Below are positions 1 through 9,667 of a DNA stretch of 64,000 nucleotides, piece by piece. The stretch comes from Acidimicrobiia bacterium. GTDB taxonomy: Bacteria; Actinomycetota; Acidimicrobiia; Spongiisociales; JAHEDJ01. The position numbers were made by a program, and so were the translations under genes. Each line of letters starts with the position of its first letter. Position 1 is the first letter of the stretch. The stretch is taken from positions 1 through 64,000 of the forward strand of contig JARGFH010000008.1 of the NCBI GenBank assembly GCA_029210695.1, in the 5' to 3' direction. The notes beneath the pieces are model-generated. The model had not been told where the DNA came from and made no database searches. It saw only the letters and a list, made by a program, of their open reading frames with translations.

Positions 1-72
1 CCCTCCTCTACGCCGGAAAACCCAACTGGAATCTACTCGCCACCATCACACCCCGCTGAAATCCGATGAGCC
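1..72 (+). mobile_element. Right end of an ISL3-family insertion sequence (transposase C-terminus plus terminal inverted repeat)
   Basis: Frame 3 (3..59) reads LLYAGKPNWNLLATITPR*, resembling actinobacterial ISL3 transposase C-termini (recognised from memory). It is followed by AAATCCGATGAGCC, whose reverse complement GGCTCATCGGATTT matches the GGCTC- start of ISL3 IRs. Confidence 0.8.
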
Positions 73-714
73 GGTTTCGTTGTCTTCAAGCGTGGCGTCA
101 TGGACAAGGCTCGTCGAGGTTCCACCGGCCGGATACACGATCGCCAGGCCGCCTGAGTCGACGACCGTCACCGAAAACGCATCGAGGACGGGAGCGAAAC
201 CGGCGTACTGCACGTCGACCCAGTTACTCGAAGACGCATCGATAGCACCCAGGTCGGATGTCACCTGTTGGAGATCCTCACCCGAGTAGGTAACGATCGG
301 CACCAGGATCTCGACCTTCTTCTCCTGTGTGGCGCCATCCGTTTCGTACGTAACCAGGAGCTGGAGGTTGAGGTGCCTGCGTCCGTCGTAGGGAACGGTC
401 AGCTTGATGGCGGTGAAATCGATCTCGTTCTCGCTGAGAAGGTCATCTGCCCAGAGGGACGTATAGCTGCCGGTGTTGGTCGGGTAGGAGTAGTCGACGC
501 CGTCGTCGATCTTCGCCACCGTGACCTGGAAGTTTTGCGCGTCGCCATCGCGAGCCAACCAGTCGATTGTCACCCATGCTGAGTCTCCGGCGATCACCGC
601 GGCAGTCTGTTTGGTCTGCGCCTCGATCTTCGCCGGCTTGCCGGCAGCAAGCGCGGGGGCCGCGGTTGCGAAGACCATCACTATGCCGACTGCCAAAACA
701 AGACGAGGTTTCAT
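46..714 (-). pseudogene. Secreted beta-rich protein with two internal repeats, 3'-truncated by the ISL3 insertion
   Basis: Signal peptide ending ALA-A. Two similar units (WVTIDW..FQVTV..YP..TSL..LSENE and WVDVQY..FSVTV..YP..TSL..LEDNE). The last 8 codons (GSSDFSGV*) lie in the IS end (bases 46-72). Confidence 0.7.
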
Positions 715-720
715 ACAGGT

Positions 721-750
721 GTATCGGCAACTAGTGGGATGGAACTTGAA
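721..750 (-). promoter_or_regulatory. Possible sigma28/WhiG-like promoter (TCAAG-N16-GCCGATAC), apparently leaderless
   Basis: Motif lies 6 nt upstream of the ATG at 714; the spacer is slightly longer than canonical. Confidence 0.35.
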
Positions 751-756
751 CGCGAT

Positions 757-1044
757 TCAACCATTGCAGTAGGCCTCATACTCGGCGAGGACTCTGGTTC
801 TGAGTTCGACATCATCGGTCAATGCGTCTTTGAACTCACGGTAGATCTCGGCGGTCAGCCCATTCCCGGCCAGCCGCTCGTCGAACGTCCCGCTGAGGTT
901 GTCGAGGTCTTCATACACCGAACGTTGCACGTCGCACTGCCAGCGTGCCTCGAAAGGCACCATCAGCTCGACATCGAATGAGGCACCGCAGGCTGCAGTA
1001 GTCACGGCGACGAGAACGGTCGAGATAGTGATTCGGAATCGCAT
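757..1044 (-). CDS. Small hypothetical lipoprotein (95 aa)
   Basis: MRFRITISTVLVAVTTAAC lipobox-like N-terminus; purine-rich upstream sequence; start chosen within ORF 757..1239. Confidence 0.7.
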   Translation of the reverse strand: MRFRITISTVLVAVTTAACGASFDVELMVPFEARWQCDVQRSVYEDLDNLSGTFDERLAGNGLTAEIYREFKDALTDDVELRTRVLAEYEAYCNG

Positions 1045-1091
1045 CCCTCTTCGTATCGGCGCCCTACCCGCCGCAGGCAAGGAATTCCTCG

Positions 1092-2342
1092 TCAGCCTGC
1101 AATGCGTTCGAGTGCCTCGATCACCCGGTCCACTTCCTCGGGCAGGTTGTAGTGGACGAAGCCGATTCGAACGAGGCCGCCCGTGTCGGCCACCCCGAGC
1201 GCGGCAATCGGTTCGACGGCGTAGTAATCGCCACTCCACACGAAGATGCCCTCAGCTCCGAAGGCTGCCGCGACTCGATCCGGATGCACACCGTCGACTG
1301 AGATGCCGAACGTGGGAGTGCGTTCGAGAGGGTCTCCCTTGGTGATGCCGTACACACGGACGGACGGAATCCGCGCCACGCCGTCGAGAAACCGTCGCGA
1401 CAGCATCTGCTCGTATTGCCGGGTGGCGGCCATCGCCGTCATGAGGTCCCCCCGACGGGACCCGATTGATCGGCCACCGTCGGTGAGCGAGGCGCCGATC
1501 GAGGCCAGGTAGTCGATTGCGGCGATGACTCCGGCCAGAGACTCGAAACTCTGCGTTCCGGTTTCCCATTTGCCGGGGCTTTCGGAGGGAGCCGGCCGGA
1601 GGCGGTAGGCGTCGAAGCGTTCGAGCAGCTCGTGCTTGCCAAACAACATTCCCGTGTGGGGCCCGAAGAACTTGTAGGCGGACGCGACCAGGAAGTCGCA
1701 ATCGAAAGCCCGAACATCAACTGGACCGTGGGGGGCGTAGTGGACGGCGTCGACGAAGATGAGGGCACCTGCGGAGTGGCCGATCGCCGCGCCGCGCCCG
1801 ACATCAACCAAACTGCCCACCGCGTTCGAAGCCGCAGGGAGCGCGACGAGTTTCGTTTTATGGCCGACCGCCGACTCGAGCGATTCCATGTCGAGGGTTG
1901 CGGTTTCCACGTCGATGTCAACGAACCGGATCGTCGCGCCTGCATCGCGGGCCGCCAGCACCCAGGGGGTGACGTTGGCATCGTGGTCCAATCGGGTGAC
2001 CACCACTTCGTCGCCCTCCGACCAGGTCTTGCCGATTGCTCTGCTCAGGGCGAAGGTGATGCTGGTCATGTTCTGGCCGAAGGCGATCTCGGTTGGAGAG
2101 GAGCCGAGCAAGTCGGCGACTGCGGCTCGGGCGTTCTCGTGGAGCGAGTCGGACTCTGCACTGGCCGAGAAGAACCCGCCGTGGTTGCTGGCGCCCCTGT
2201 GCAGAACTCCGCTCATCGCGTCGATGACGGATTCAGGAACTTGAGTCCCGCCGGGCCCATCGGCCCAGACAACCGGGCGACCGCCCTGTTGCCGATCGAG
2301 GGCCGGAAACCTGGAGCGAAGCGCTACGGGATCGAGTCGCAC
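1092..2342 (-). CDS. Cysteine desulfurase-like PLP-dependent class V aminotransferase (VC1184-type)
   Basis: DGPGGTQVP, LDHDAN, DAVHYAPH, SAYKFFGPH (PLP Lys) and ETGTQ motifs; SGDYYA at the position of the SufS catalytic Cys loop. Confidence 0.9.
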   Translation of the reverse strand: MRLDPVALRSRFPALDRQQGGRPVVWADGPGGTQVPESVIDAMSGVLHRGASNHGGFFSASAESDSLHENARAAVADLLGSSPTEIAFGQNMTSITFALSRAIGKTWSEGDEVVVTRLDHDANVTPWVLAARDAGATIRFVDIDVETATLDMESLESAVGHKTKLVALPAASNAVGSLVDVGRGAAIGHSAGALIFVDAVHYAPHGPVDVRAFDCDFLVASAYKFFGPHTGMLFGKHELLERFDAYRLRPAPSESPGKWETGTQSFESLAGVIAAIDYLASIGASLTDGGRSIGSRRGDLMTAMAATRQYEQMLSRRFLDGVARIPSVRVYGITKGDPLERTPTFGISVDGVHPDRVAAAFGAEGIFVWSGDYYAVEPIAALGVADTGGLVRIGFVHYNLPEEVDRVIEALERIAG

Positions 2343-2396
2343 GGTGAAGCCTCCCGGGAAGTAGTACGGACCAACGATACAGCGCCTTCAGGATCT

Positions 2397-4310
2397 TCAG
2401 CCTGCTTCCGCCGGGGGCACCGGATGCTCAGGAAGAGCATCAAAGGCGAGCGAGAAGACGCTCCATGATTCCTCGCGCCTGAATGTGAGATCGCCACCCA
2501 TGAGTCGGGCAAGGTGTCGCGAGATGGTGAGGCCGAGCCCGACCGAACCCGGTTGGGTGCCGGGCTCATGGGCGGATTGGTAAGGAGCGAAGATCCGTTC
2601 AGGATCGGCGTCTCCGATGCCGGAGCCGTTGTCGCGAACTTCAACTCCTGCAACCCCGTTAGTCCTGGTGGTTCGAACAATGATGCGATCGCCGCCGTAG
2701 CGCCCTGCGTTCGTGATGAGGTTTCTGAGGATCTGGCGCACCCGCGGTCCGTCGACGGTAGCCATGGCCGGGAGGAGCTCAGCCTCGATCGCGGTGTCGA
2801 TGCGGGAGGCAGTTGCCTCAATGACCCGTTCGGCGATCACCGCCAGATCGTTCGGGGTTTTGTGAGCCGTGAGTGCCCCGAGCTCGTACCGGGCCGCGGT
2901 GAGGAGGTCGTCGACGATGTTGGCCAGATCGGTCGACTCGTTGGCGATCGACGCGATTGCTTCTGCCGTGATCTCGGCGTCGAGTGTGTCCCCGTGGTCC
3001 CGGAGAGTCTCAGCGAAGCCGAGAATCCCGGTGAGCGGTGTACGCAGTTCGTGACTGACGGCGGCGATGAGCTGGTCTTTCGAACGGATGATCTGATGCT
3101 TTTCCTCGACTTCGCGCCGGAGTTGTTCTTCCGTGAGCGCCTGGTCGATTTTGGCGGCCACGTGACCGCTGAACGTGCTGAGCAAGCTGAGATCGTCCTC
3201 GGAGAACTGGCTGAGTGGTCCGGGCCGATCGCCCACCATGAGTGCCCCCACAGTTGTCCCCCCCGACACCAATGGTGAGATGACCCCGTTGCTGATGCCA
3301 CCGAGTTGCTGCCAGGCGGCGATCGGCTCGGGGATGTCGCCGTCGAGGGCCAGAACATGATGCCCGAGCGCTGCCACGACCTGACGAGCCGGCTGCTCGG
3401 GAACCGCGCTCACTTCGATGGAACCGTCCGGCTTGAGCACCGCTCGCATCCATTGCATCGAACTGTCGTGATGCAGGAACTCGGCGGAGTCGACCCGGAG
3501 CAGTCGACCGGATTCCAGCAAGACCCGCTCAACGATCTCCTGAGTGCTGAGCGGCCCCTCGATCGCCTGAGTGAGACCGAAGACGGCAGTCAACTCCTCA
3601 TGACGGCTGTGAAGCCGGCCGTAGATCTTGGCCGCGAAGACCAGGCCGGCAACGACCAGGACTCCGAGGATGATGGCCCATATGCTCTGCGCAAGTGCGA
3701 TGAAGACGAGGATGCTGACGGCGGCAGTCGCCAGGCTCATCAACCAGGAGACCGTGAGCCCGCCGATGATGTCCGCGAAGCGCCGGTCGGCGTCGTTGGT
3801 GGCGATGATGATCGCCACCAGCAACCCGGACACGACCCCTTCGACCGTCACTCCGGTCGCCAGCGCCAGCCATCCGCGGGGTTCGGTGATGGCCGCCTCC
3901 CCAACTACGGCCAGCATGGTCGTAACGGCCAGCGCGGTGCCGAACAAAGCATTGGCGGTATTGAAGGCCAGCTTGAGTGAGTTCTGCCAGCGAACCCACG
4001 ACAGAGTGCCCAGCAGCCCGATCACCCGTGCGAGGGCGATCGCCAATGGTGCTGAAGCCGCCAGACCGAGTACCAGAGGCAACTCCGCCAGGGTCAGCGT
4101 ATGTGCTCCCCTGCGCGTTGAGATATGGATGCCGCCGAGTTCGACGATGGCGAAGAGTATTGCCAGGACCCACCAACTGACCTCGAACGGCGCGCCGAGG
4201 GGAATCGACGAACCGGCGAGCGGAATCAACATGATTCCGCTCGCAGTGGCCATCAGGCCTGTGATCGCCCAGGTGTTCCTGGTTGGGTGTTGGCGTAGCC
4301 TCGAGAGCAT
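2397..4310 (-). CDS. Membrane sensor histidine kinase (multi-TM N-terminus, GAF-like, HisKA, HATPase)
   Basis: About 230 aa hydrophobic N-terminus; VSHELRTPLT H-box; RNLITNA N-box; DNGSG and GLGL G-boxes. Confidence 0.92.
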   Translation of the reverse strand: MLSRLRQHPTRNTWAITGLMATASGIMLIPLAGSSIPLGAPFEVSWWVLAILFAIVELGGIHISTRRGAHTLTLAELPLVLGLAASAPLAIALARVIGLLGTLSWVRWQNSLKLAFNTANALFGTALAVTTMLAVVGEAAITEPRGWLALATGVTVEGVVSGLLVAIIIATNDADRRFADIIGGLTVSWLMSLATAAVSILVFIALAQSIWAIILGVLVVAGLVFAAKIYGRLHSRHEELTAVFGLTQAIEGPLSTQEIVERVLLESGRLLRVDSAEFLHHDSSMQWMRAVLKPDGSIEVSAVPEQPARQVVAALGHHVLALDGDIPEPIAAWQQLGGISNGVISPLVSGGTTVGALMVGDRPGPLSQFSEDDLSLLSTFSGHVAAKIDQALTEEQLRREVEEKHQIIRSKDQLIAAVSHELRTPLTGILGFAETLRDHGDTLDAEITAEAIASIANESTDLANIVDDLLTAARYELGALTAHKTPNDLAVIAERVIEATASRIDTAIEAELLPAMATVDGPRVRQILRNLITNAGRYGGDRIIVRTTRTNGVAGVEVRDNGSGIGDADPERIFAPYQSAHEPGTQPGSVGLGLTISRHLARLMGGDLTFRREESWSVFSLAFDALPEHPVPPAEAG

Positions 4311-4375
4311 GGGTTAGGCCGGGGCTCCTTTTCTGCCCCTGTCGGCCCCTTCAGGTGGCTCTCAAGCGTACTCCG

Positions 4376-6200
4376 CTACGACCAGGTGTTCCCACTCCAC
4401 GTGTTCCCGGACCACGTGTTCCCGGACCACGTGTTGCCCGACCACGTGTTCCCGGACCAGGTGTTGCCCGACCAGGTGTTCCCGGACCAGGTGTTGCCCG
4501 ACCAGGTATTCCCATCCCAGCTAACGCCGGACCACGTATTCCCATCCCAGCTAACGCCGGACCAGGTATTCCCATCCCAGCTGACCCCGTCCCAGCTAAC
4601 GCCGGACCAGGTGTTGCCGTCCCAGCTGACACCGGACCAGGTGTTCCCGCTCCAGGTGTTCCCGCTCCAGGTGTTCCCGTCCCAGCTAACGCCGGACCAG
4701 GTGTTGCCGGACCAGGTGTTGCCGGACCAGGTGTTGCCGGACCAGNNNNNNNNNNNNNNNNNNNNNNNNNNNNNNNNNNNNNNNNNNNNNNNNNNNNNNN
4801 NNNNNNNNNNNNNNNNNNNNNNNNNNNNNNNNNNNNNNNNNNCAGGTGTTCCCGGACCAGGTGTTCCCGGACCAGGTGTTCCCGGACCAGGTGTTCCCGG
4901 ACCAGGTGTTCCCGGACCAGGTGTTCCCGGACCAGGCGTCGACCGACCAGGCGTCGACCGACCAGGTATTCCCGGACCATGTGTTTCCGAAGATGTCTAC
5001 CTCGCCTTCGAGCATGACCCCGCCGATCCACAACCGCGAGAGGCCGCGCGCCGCGTCCAATGATCCACTGCCGTCGGACCGCTGGATCGACTGTGAGTAG
5101 CTCGGGACGGAGGCGGAGATAGCCTCCGCAACGTTGAGCAGCCGGGAGATCCCGAAGGTCTCGGACTTTGTCTTGTCGGCGGTTTTCTTCAGGAGCCACT
5201 TGACCTGGTCGGGGCTCAGATCGGGTCGTGCCTCGAGGAGGAGGGCCACGGCGCCGGACACAACTGCGGCCGCCTGGGAGGTGCCGGTGGCGCGCACGAG
5301 ATCGTCGCCGATGCGGCCGTCGAAGTTGAAATAGTCCGAGAACGAACCCGGGTTGCGAAGGCCGATGATCGACTTACCGGGGGCGCTCACATCGATCTTA
5401 CGATTGGGAACGCCCTCAGAGGTGAAGTCGGCTTCGGTCTCGGTTCCGGCGAGCATCGAGGCACCAACCGCGATGACCAGCGGGTCGTAGGCCGGAGAAC
5501 TCAGGCTGGCTCCGGCGTTGCCATCGTTTCCTGCTGAAACCACCACGACGATGCCTGCCAGCCAGGCGCGCTCAACCGCATAGGCCAGCGGGTCTGACGA
5601 GTAGGGGTTGGTCGACGCAGTGCCGAATGACAAGTTGAGGATATCGATGTCGGATGCACCGCTCGTCTTCTGATTGATGACCCAGTTGATGGCCGCAATC
5701 ACTTGACTCACGTCCACCGTTCCATCCGCAGTCCCCGCCTTGATGCTGATCAGGTCGGCGTCTGGAGCGATACCGAGCACCCGGTCGGGTGACCGTGTGT
5801 GGTCACCGTCGAACCATGCTTGATCAGATGCCACCATGATGCTGGCGAGATGAGTCCCGTGTCCGTTGGCGTCTTTGCCGCGCAGATCCGGGATCATGTC
5901 ATCGAACGAGAAATCGGGACCGATCGTCACGTTCGAGTACCGCAGGCCGGGGACGTCGACGACCCCGGTGTCGATCAGGGCGATCGTGACGCCTGCTCCG
6001 GTTGCCCCGGTCGCGGCGACGCCGTTCCCATCTATCAGGCCGATACGCTCGGCCACCGCATACGGTGACCCTTGATACCCGGATAGATCCCCCCCGGTCA
6101 GCGCTCCTGCCGGTGCGCTCGCAACGACGATGATCAGGGACAAGACCACCATCAGCACGCGCCCGTGTGCCTTTCTCGTCCGCCACTCGATACCGTACAT
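4376..6200 (-). CDS. Secreted S8 (subtilisin-like) serine peptidase with C-terminal Trp-pentapeptide repeat tail; spans the assembly gap
   Basis: Signal peptide; catalytic IDTG, HGTH and GTSQA motifs. WSGNT repeats occur on both sides of the N-gap and end ...TWSGNTWS-TAG at 4376-4378. The ORF-track end at 4686 is an artefact of the gap length. Confidence 0.88.
4379..4990 (-). repeat. 15-bp tandem repeat array encoding WSGNT/WSGVS/WDGNT/WDGVS/WSVDA pentapeptides
   Basis: CCGGACCAGGTGTTC-type units; about 24 copies left of the gap and 9 right of it. Confidence 0.95.
4746..4842. other. Scaffold gap (97 N) inside the 15-bp repeat array
   Basis: Run of N; the true repeat number is unknown. Confidence 1.
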
Positions 6201-6472
6201 TCGCCCTCCCGGTGCTTTCCGACCTCACGGCCGGGCTCCGTGCCCGGGGCCCCTTCGTGCCCCGACTGCGCATGCGAAGCACTATCACCATAACACACAA
6301 AAGAACTAGTCCCCCGGTCAGATTTGAAGAATTCTGCGTCGCGGCAATCCATTGCTCAGGGCTGGAAGCGGCCAAGCACCTTCGCCGGGTGGTCGTGGCA
6401 GGAGGCCCGCCGTGATAGTCAACCGCTAGTTGTGAATTGCGGGGCCGGGAGTCCCGGCAAATGCCACGCTTC

Positions 6473-6688
6473 CTATGCCTCGATCTCGAGCTCCGCCTGT
6501 GCATCGGCGAGGTCGGCGGCTCGGACGAATACCTTGGCTCTGGCCATTTCGAGACCTGCGTACGTGCCGCCTGCATCGTCGGCCTGGACGAAGGCCTTGA
6601 TGCCGATGGATTCCAGGTGAGCCCGCGCGATATCCGCCTCGATTCGGCTGAAGAATGCTCCTACTTCTACGGGCTCGTTCGGATCCAT
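6473..6688 (-). CDS. DUF2007-like small putative signal-transducing protein (71 aa)
   Basis: EADIARAHLESIGIKAFVQADDAGG...KVFVRAADL pattern. Confidence 0.8.
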   Translation of the reverse strand: MDPNEPVEVGAFFSRIEADIARAHLESIGIKAFVQADDAGGTYAGLEMARAKVFVRAADLADAQAELEIEA

Positions 6689-6816
6689 GCCCCGACCGTA
6701 CTCTGAGAGTCCGGCTATCGGCGACGCAAATCTCTTGACATCTCCGTCGAACTCCCTTAGAACAAGGCGACTCGCACTTTGGAGGTTCGGACCGAATAAC
6801 CACGACACGCACAAAA

Positions 6817-6917
6817 CATCATCCAGAAAGGTGGAGGGAACAGGCCCTGTGAAACCTTGGCAACCATCTCAATGAGAACGGTGCCAATTCCTGCCCGTGG
6901 GAACGGGACAGATGAGG
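6817..6917 (+). ncRNA. SAM-I (S-box) riboswitch aptamer
   Basis: TCATCCAGAAAGGTGGAGGGAACAGGCCCTGTGAAACCTTGGCAACC...GGTGCCAATTCCTGC...CAGATGAG matches the S-box consensus and lies upstream of metY. Confidence 0.93.
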
Positions 6918-6938
6918 ACCGAGCGACGACCGTCGTGA

Positions 6939-8324
<1,386 letters not shown>

Positions 8325-8400
8325 GGGCCTCCCCGTCAGCGCTCGGGGGCCACGTCCCCGGCATTACGAGTTTTGACCCGCGTCGACCGGGAGCGTGGTG

Positions 8401-9549
8401 ATGAGCGGCACGGTGGGTCGCGTCGAAACTCGTTTTGTGACCTTGCCGGATGGCCAGGTGCTCGACGACGGCGAGCGACTTGCGCCCGTGACGGTGTCGT
8501 ACGAGATCTACGGGGACTTGAACCCGGATCGCTCGAACGCCGTCCTCGTGTTCCACGCCCTGACCGGAAGTCAGCATGCGGCCGGCCTCAATGAGGAGGT
8601 CCCCGGACTCGACGGCCGGTGGACCGATGACGTCCGGGTTGGCTGGTGGGACGAGTTCATCGGGCCGGGCAAGGCACTCGACACTGACGAGTTCGCGGTG
8701 ATCTGCGCCAACTACATCGGGAGTTGCTACGGGTCGACGGGGCCTTCCTCGGTGAACCCGGCGAGCGGGCGGCGCTACGGTTCGACCTTCCCGCGGATCA
8801 CCCTCGGCGACATTGTCGACAGCCAGGTGGCTGTTCTCGACCACCTCGGCATCGGTCGTCTCCACGCGGTCATCGGAGGGTCGGTCGGCGGGCTCATGGC
8901 ACTGAGCCTCGCTTCCCGCTACCCGGATCGGGTCGACGTCGTGATCCCGATCGCCGCCGGCCTGGGCGTGACGGCCCTGCAGAGGATCCACAACTTCGAG
9001 CAAGCGCTAGCCATCGAGAACGACCCCATGTTCAACCGTGGGGACTACTACGACGGTCCGCGTCCGGAACGCGGTCTGGCGCTGGCCAGGATGATCGGCC
9101 ACAAGACGTTCGTTTCGCTCAAGGCGATGGAGGAGCGGGCCCGGACGGAGGTAGTCGATCGCGACGAGACCGGCGGGTACGTCCGGATCGCGAATCCCCT
9201 CGAGTCGTACATGTGGCATCAGGGAACGAAGTTCGTCCAGCGGTTCGACGCCAACAGCTATCTGCGCATAATCGAGGCGTGGCAGACGTTCGATCTGCTT
9301 GATCAGGCCGGCGCGGCGGATCTCGACGAGTTGCTGCGACGCTGTCGCCACCAGCGGTTCATGGTGTTCTCGATCGATTCGGACGTGTGCTTCTATCCAG
9401 ACGAGCAGGAGGAACTGGCCGCCGCCCTGAAGCGCGCCGGCGTTCCCGTCCGGCGAATCACAGTTCACTCCGATCGTGGTCACGACGCCTTCCTCCTGGA
9501 GCCCGATTTGTTCGCACCCCACCTTCGCGACTCACTAGCCCGGCACTAG
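8401..9549 (+). CDS. metX: Homoserine O-acetyltransferase
   Basis: HALTG, GGSVGG nucleophile elbow, RFDANSY and GHDAFL motifs. Confidence 0.93.
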   Translation: MSGTVGRVETRFVTLPDGQVLDDGERLAPVTVSYEIYGDLNPDRSNAVLVFHALTGSQHAAGLNEEVPGLDGRWTDDVRVGWWDEFIGPGKALDTDEFAVICANYIGSCYGSTGPSSVNPASGRRYGSTFPRITLGDIVDSQVAVLDHLGIGRLHAVIGGSVGGLMALSLASRYPDRVDVVIPIAAGLGVTALQRIHNFEQALAIENDPMFNRGDYYDGPRPERGLALARMIGHKTFVSLKAMEERARTEVVDRDETGGYVRIANPLESYMWHQGTKFVQRFDANSYLRIIEAWQTFDLLDQAGAADLDELLRRCRHQRFMVFSIDSDVCFYPDEQEELAAALKRAGVPVRRITVHSDRGHDAFLLEPDLFAPHLRDSLARH

Positions 9550-9552
9550 ATA

Positions 9553-9606
9553 CCCGTTTTCGCGCGGGGTTCTTCCCCTATACGGTGGGATTCCCGCGCG
9601 AAAACG
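9553..9606. repeat. ~54-bp imperfect palindrome (REP-like); inverted copy at 32896-32949
   Basis: CGTTTTCGCGCGGG...CCCGCGCGAAAACG; its reverse complement shares 23 identical nt with the second copy. Confidence 0.85.
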
Positions 9607-9667
9607 CCTCGACGGCGGGCGGCTCTCTGCAACTACGCTTTGTTGCGGTGTCTTTGAAGGAGTCTTT

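Noticed and set aside
4686..4842. Apparent frameshift or early stop of the S8 gene
   Set aside because: Caused by the arbitrary 97-N gap length; not evidence of pseudogenisation.
4283..5199. Pro/Gly-rich (PGPGV, VFPDQ, VREHL, GPATP) repeat ORFs resembling collagen- or elastin-like proteins
   Set aside because: They are alternative frames and strands of the 15-bp array. Only the WSGNT frame is continuous with the S8 domain and ends at a sensible stop.
6200..6470. Possible cyclic-dinucleotide riboswitch in the S8 leader
   Set aside because: GC hairpins are present, but I could not match c-di-GMP or c-di-AMP consensus motifs by eye; an Rfam scan would settle it.
6714..6740. Second TCAAG...GCCGATAG sigma28-like promoter upstream of the DUF2007 gene
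   Set aside because: The spacer is only 11 nt, inconsistent with the motif at 721-750 and with the canonical spacing.
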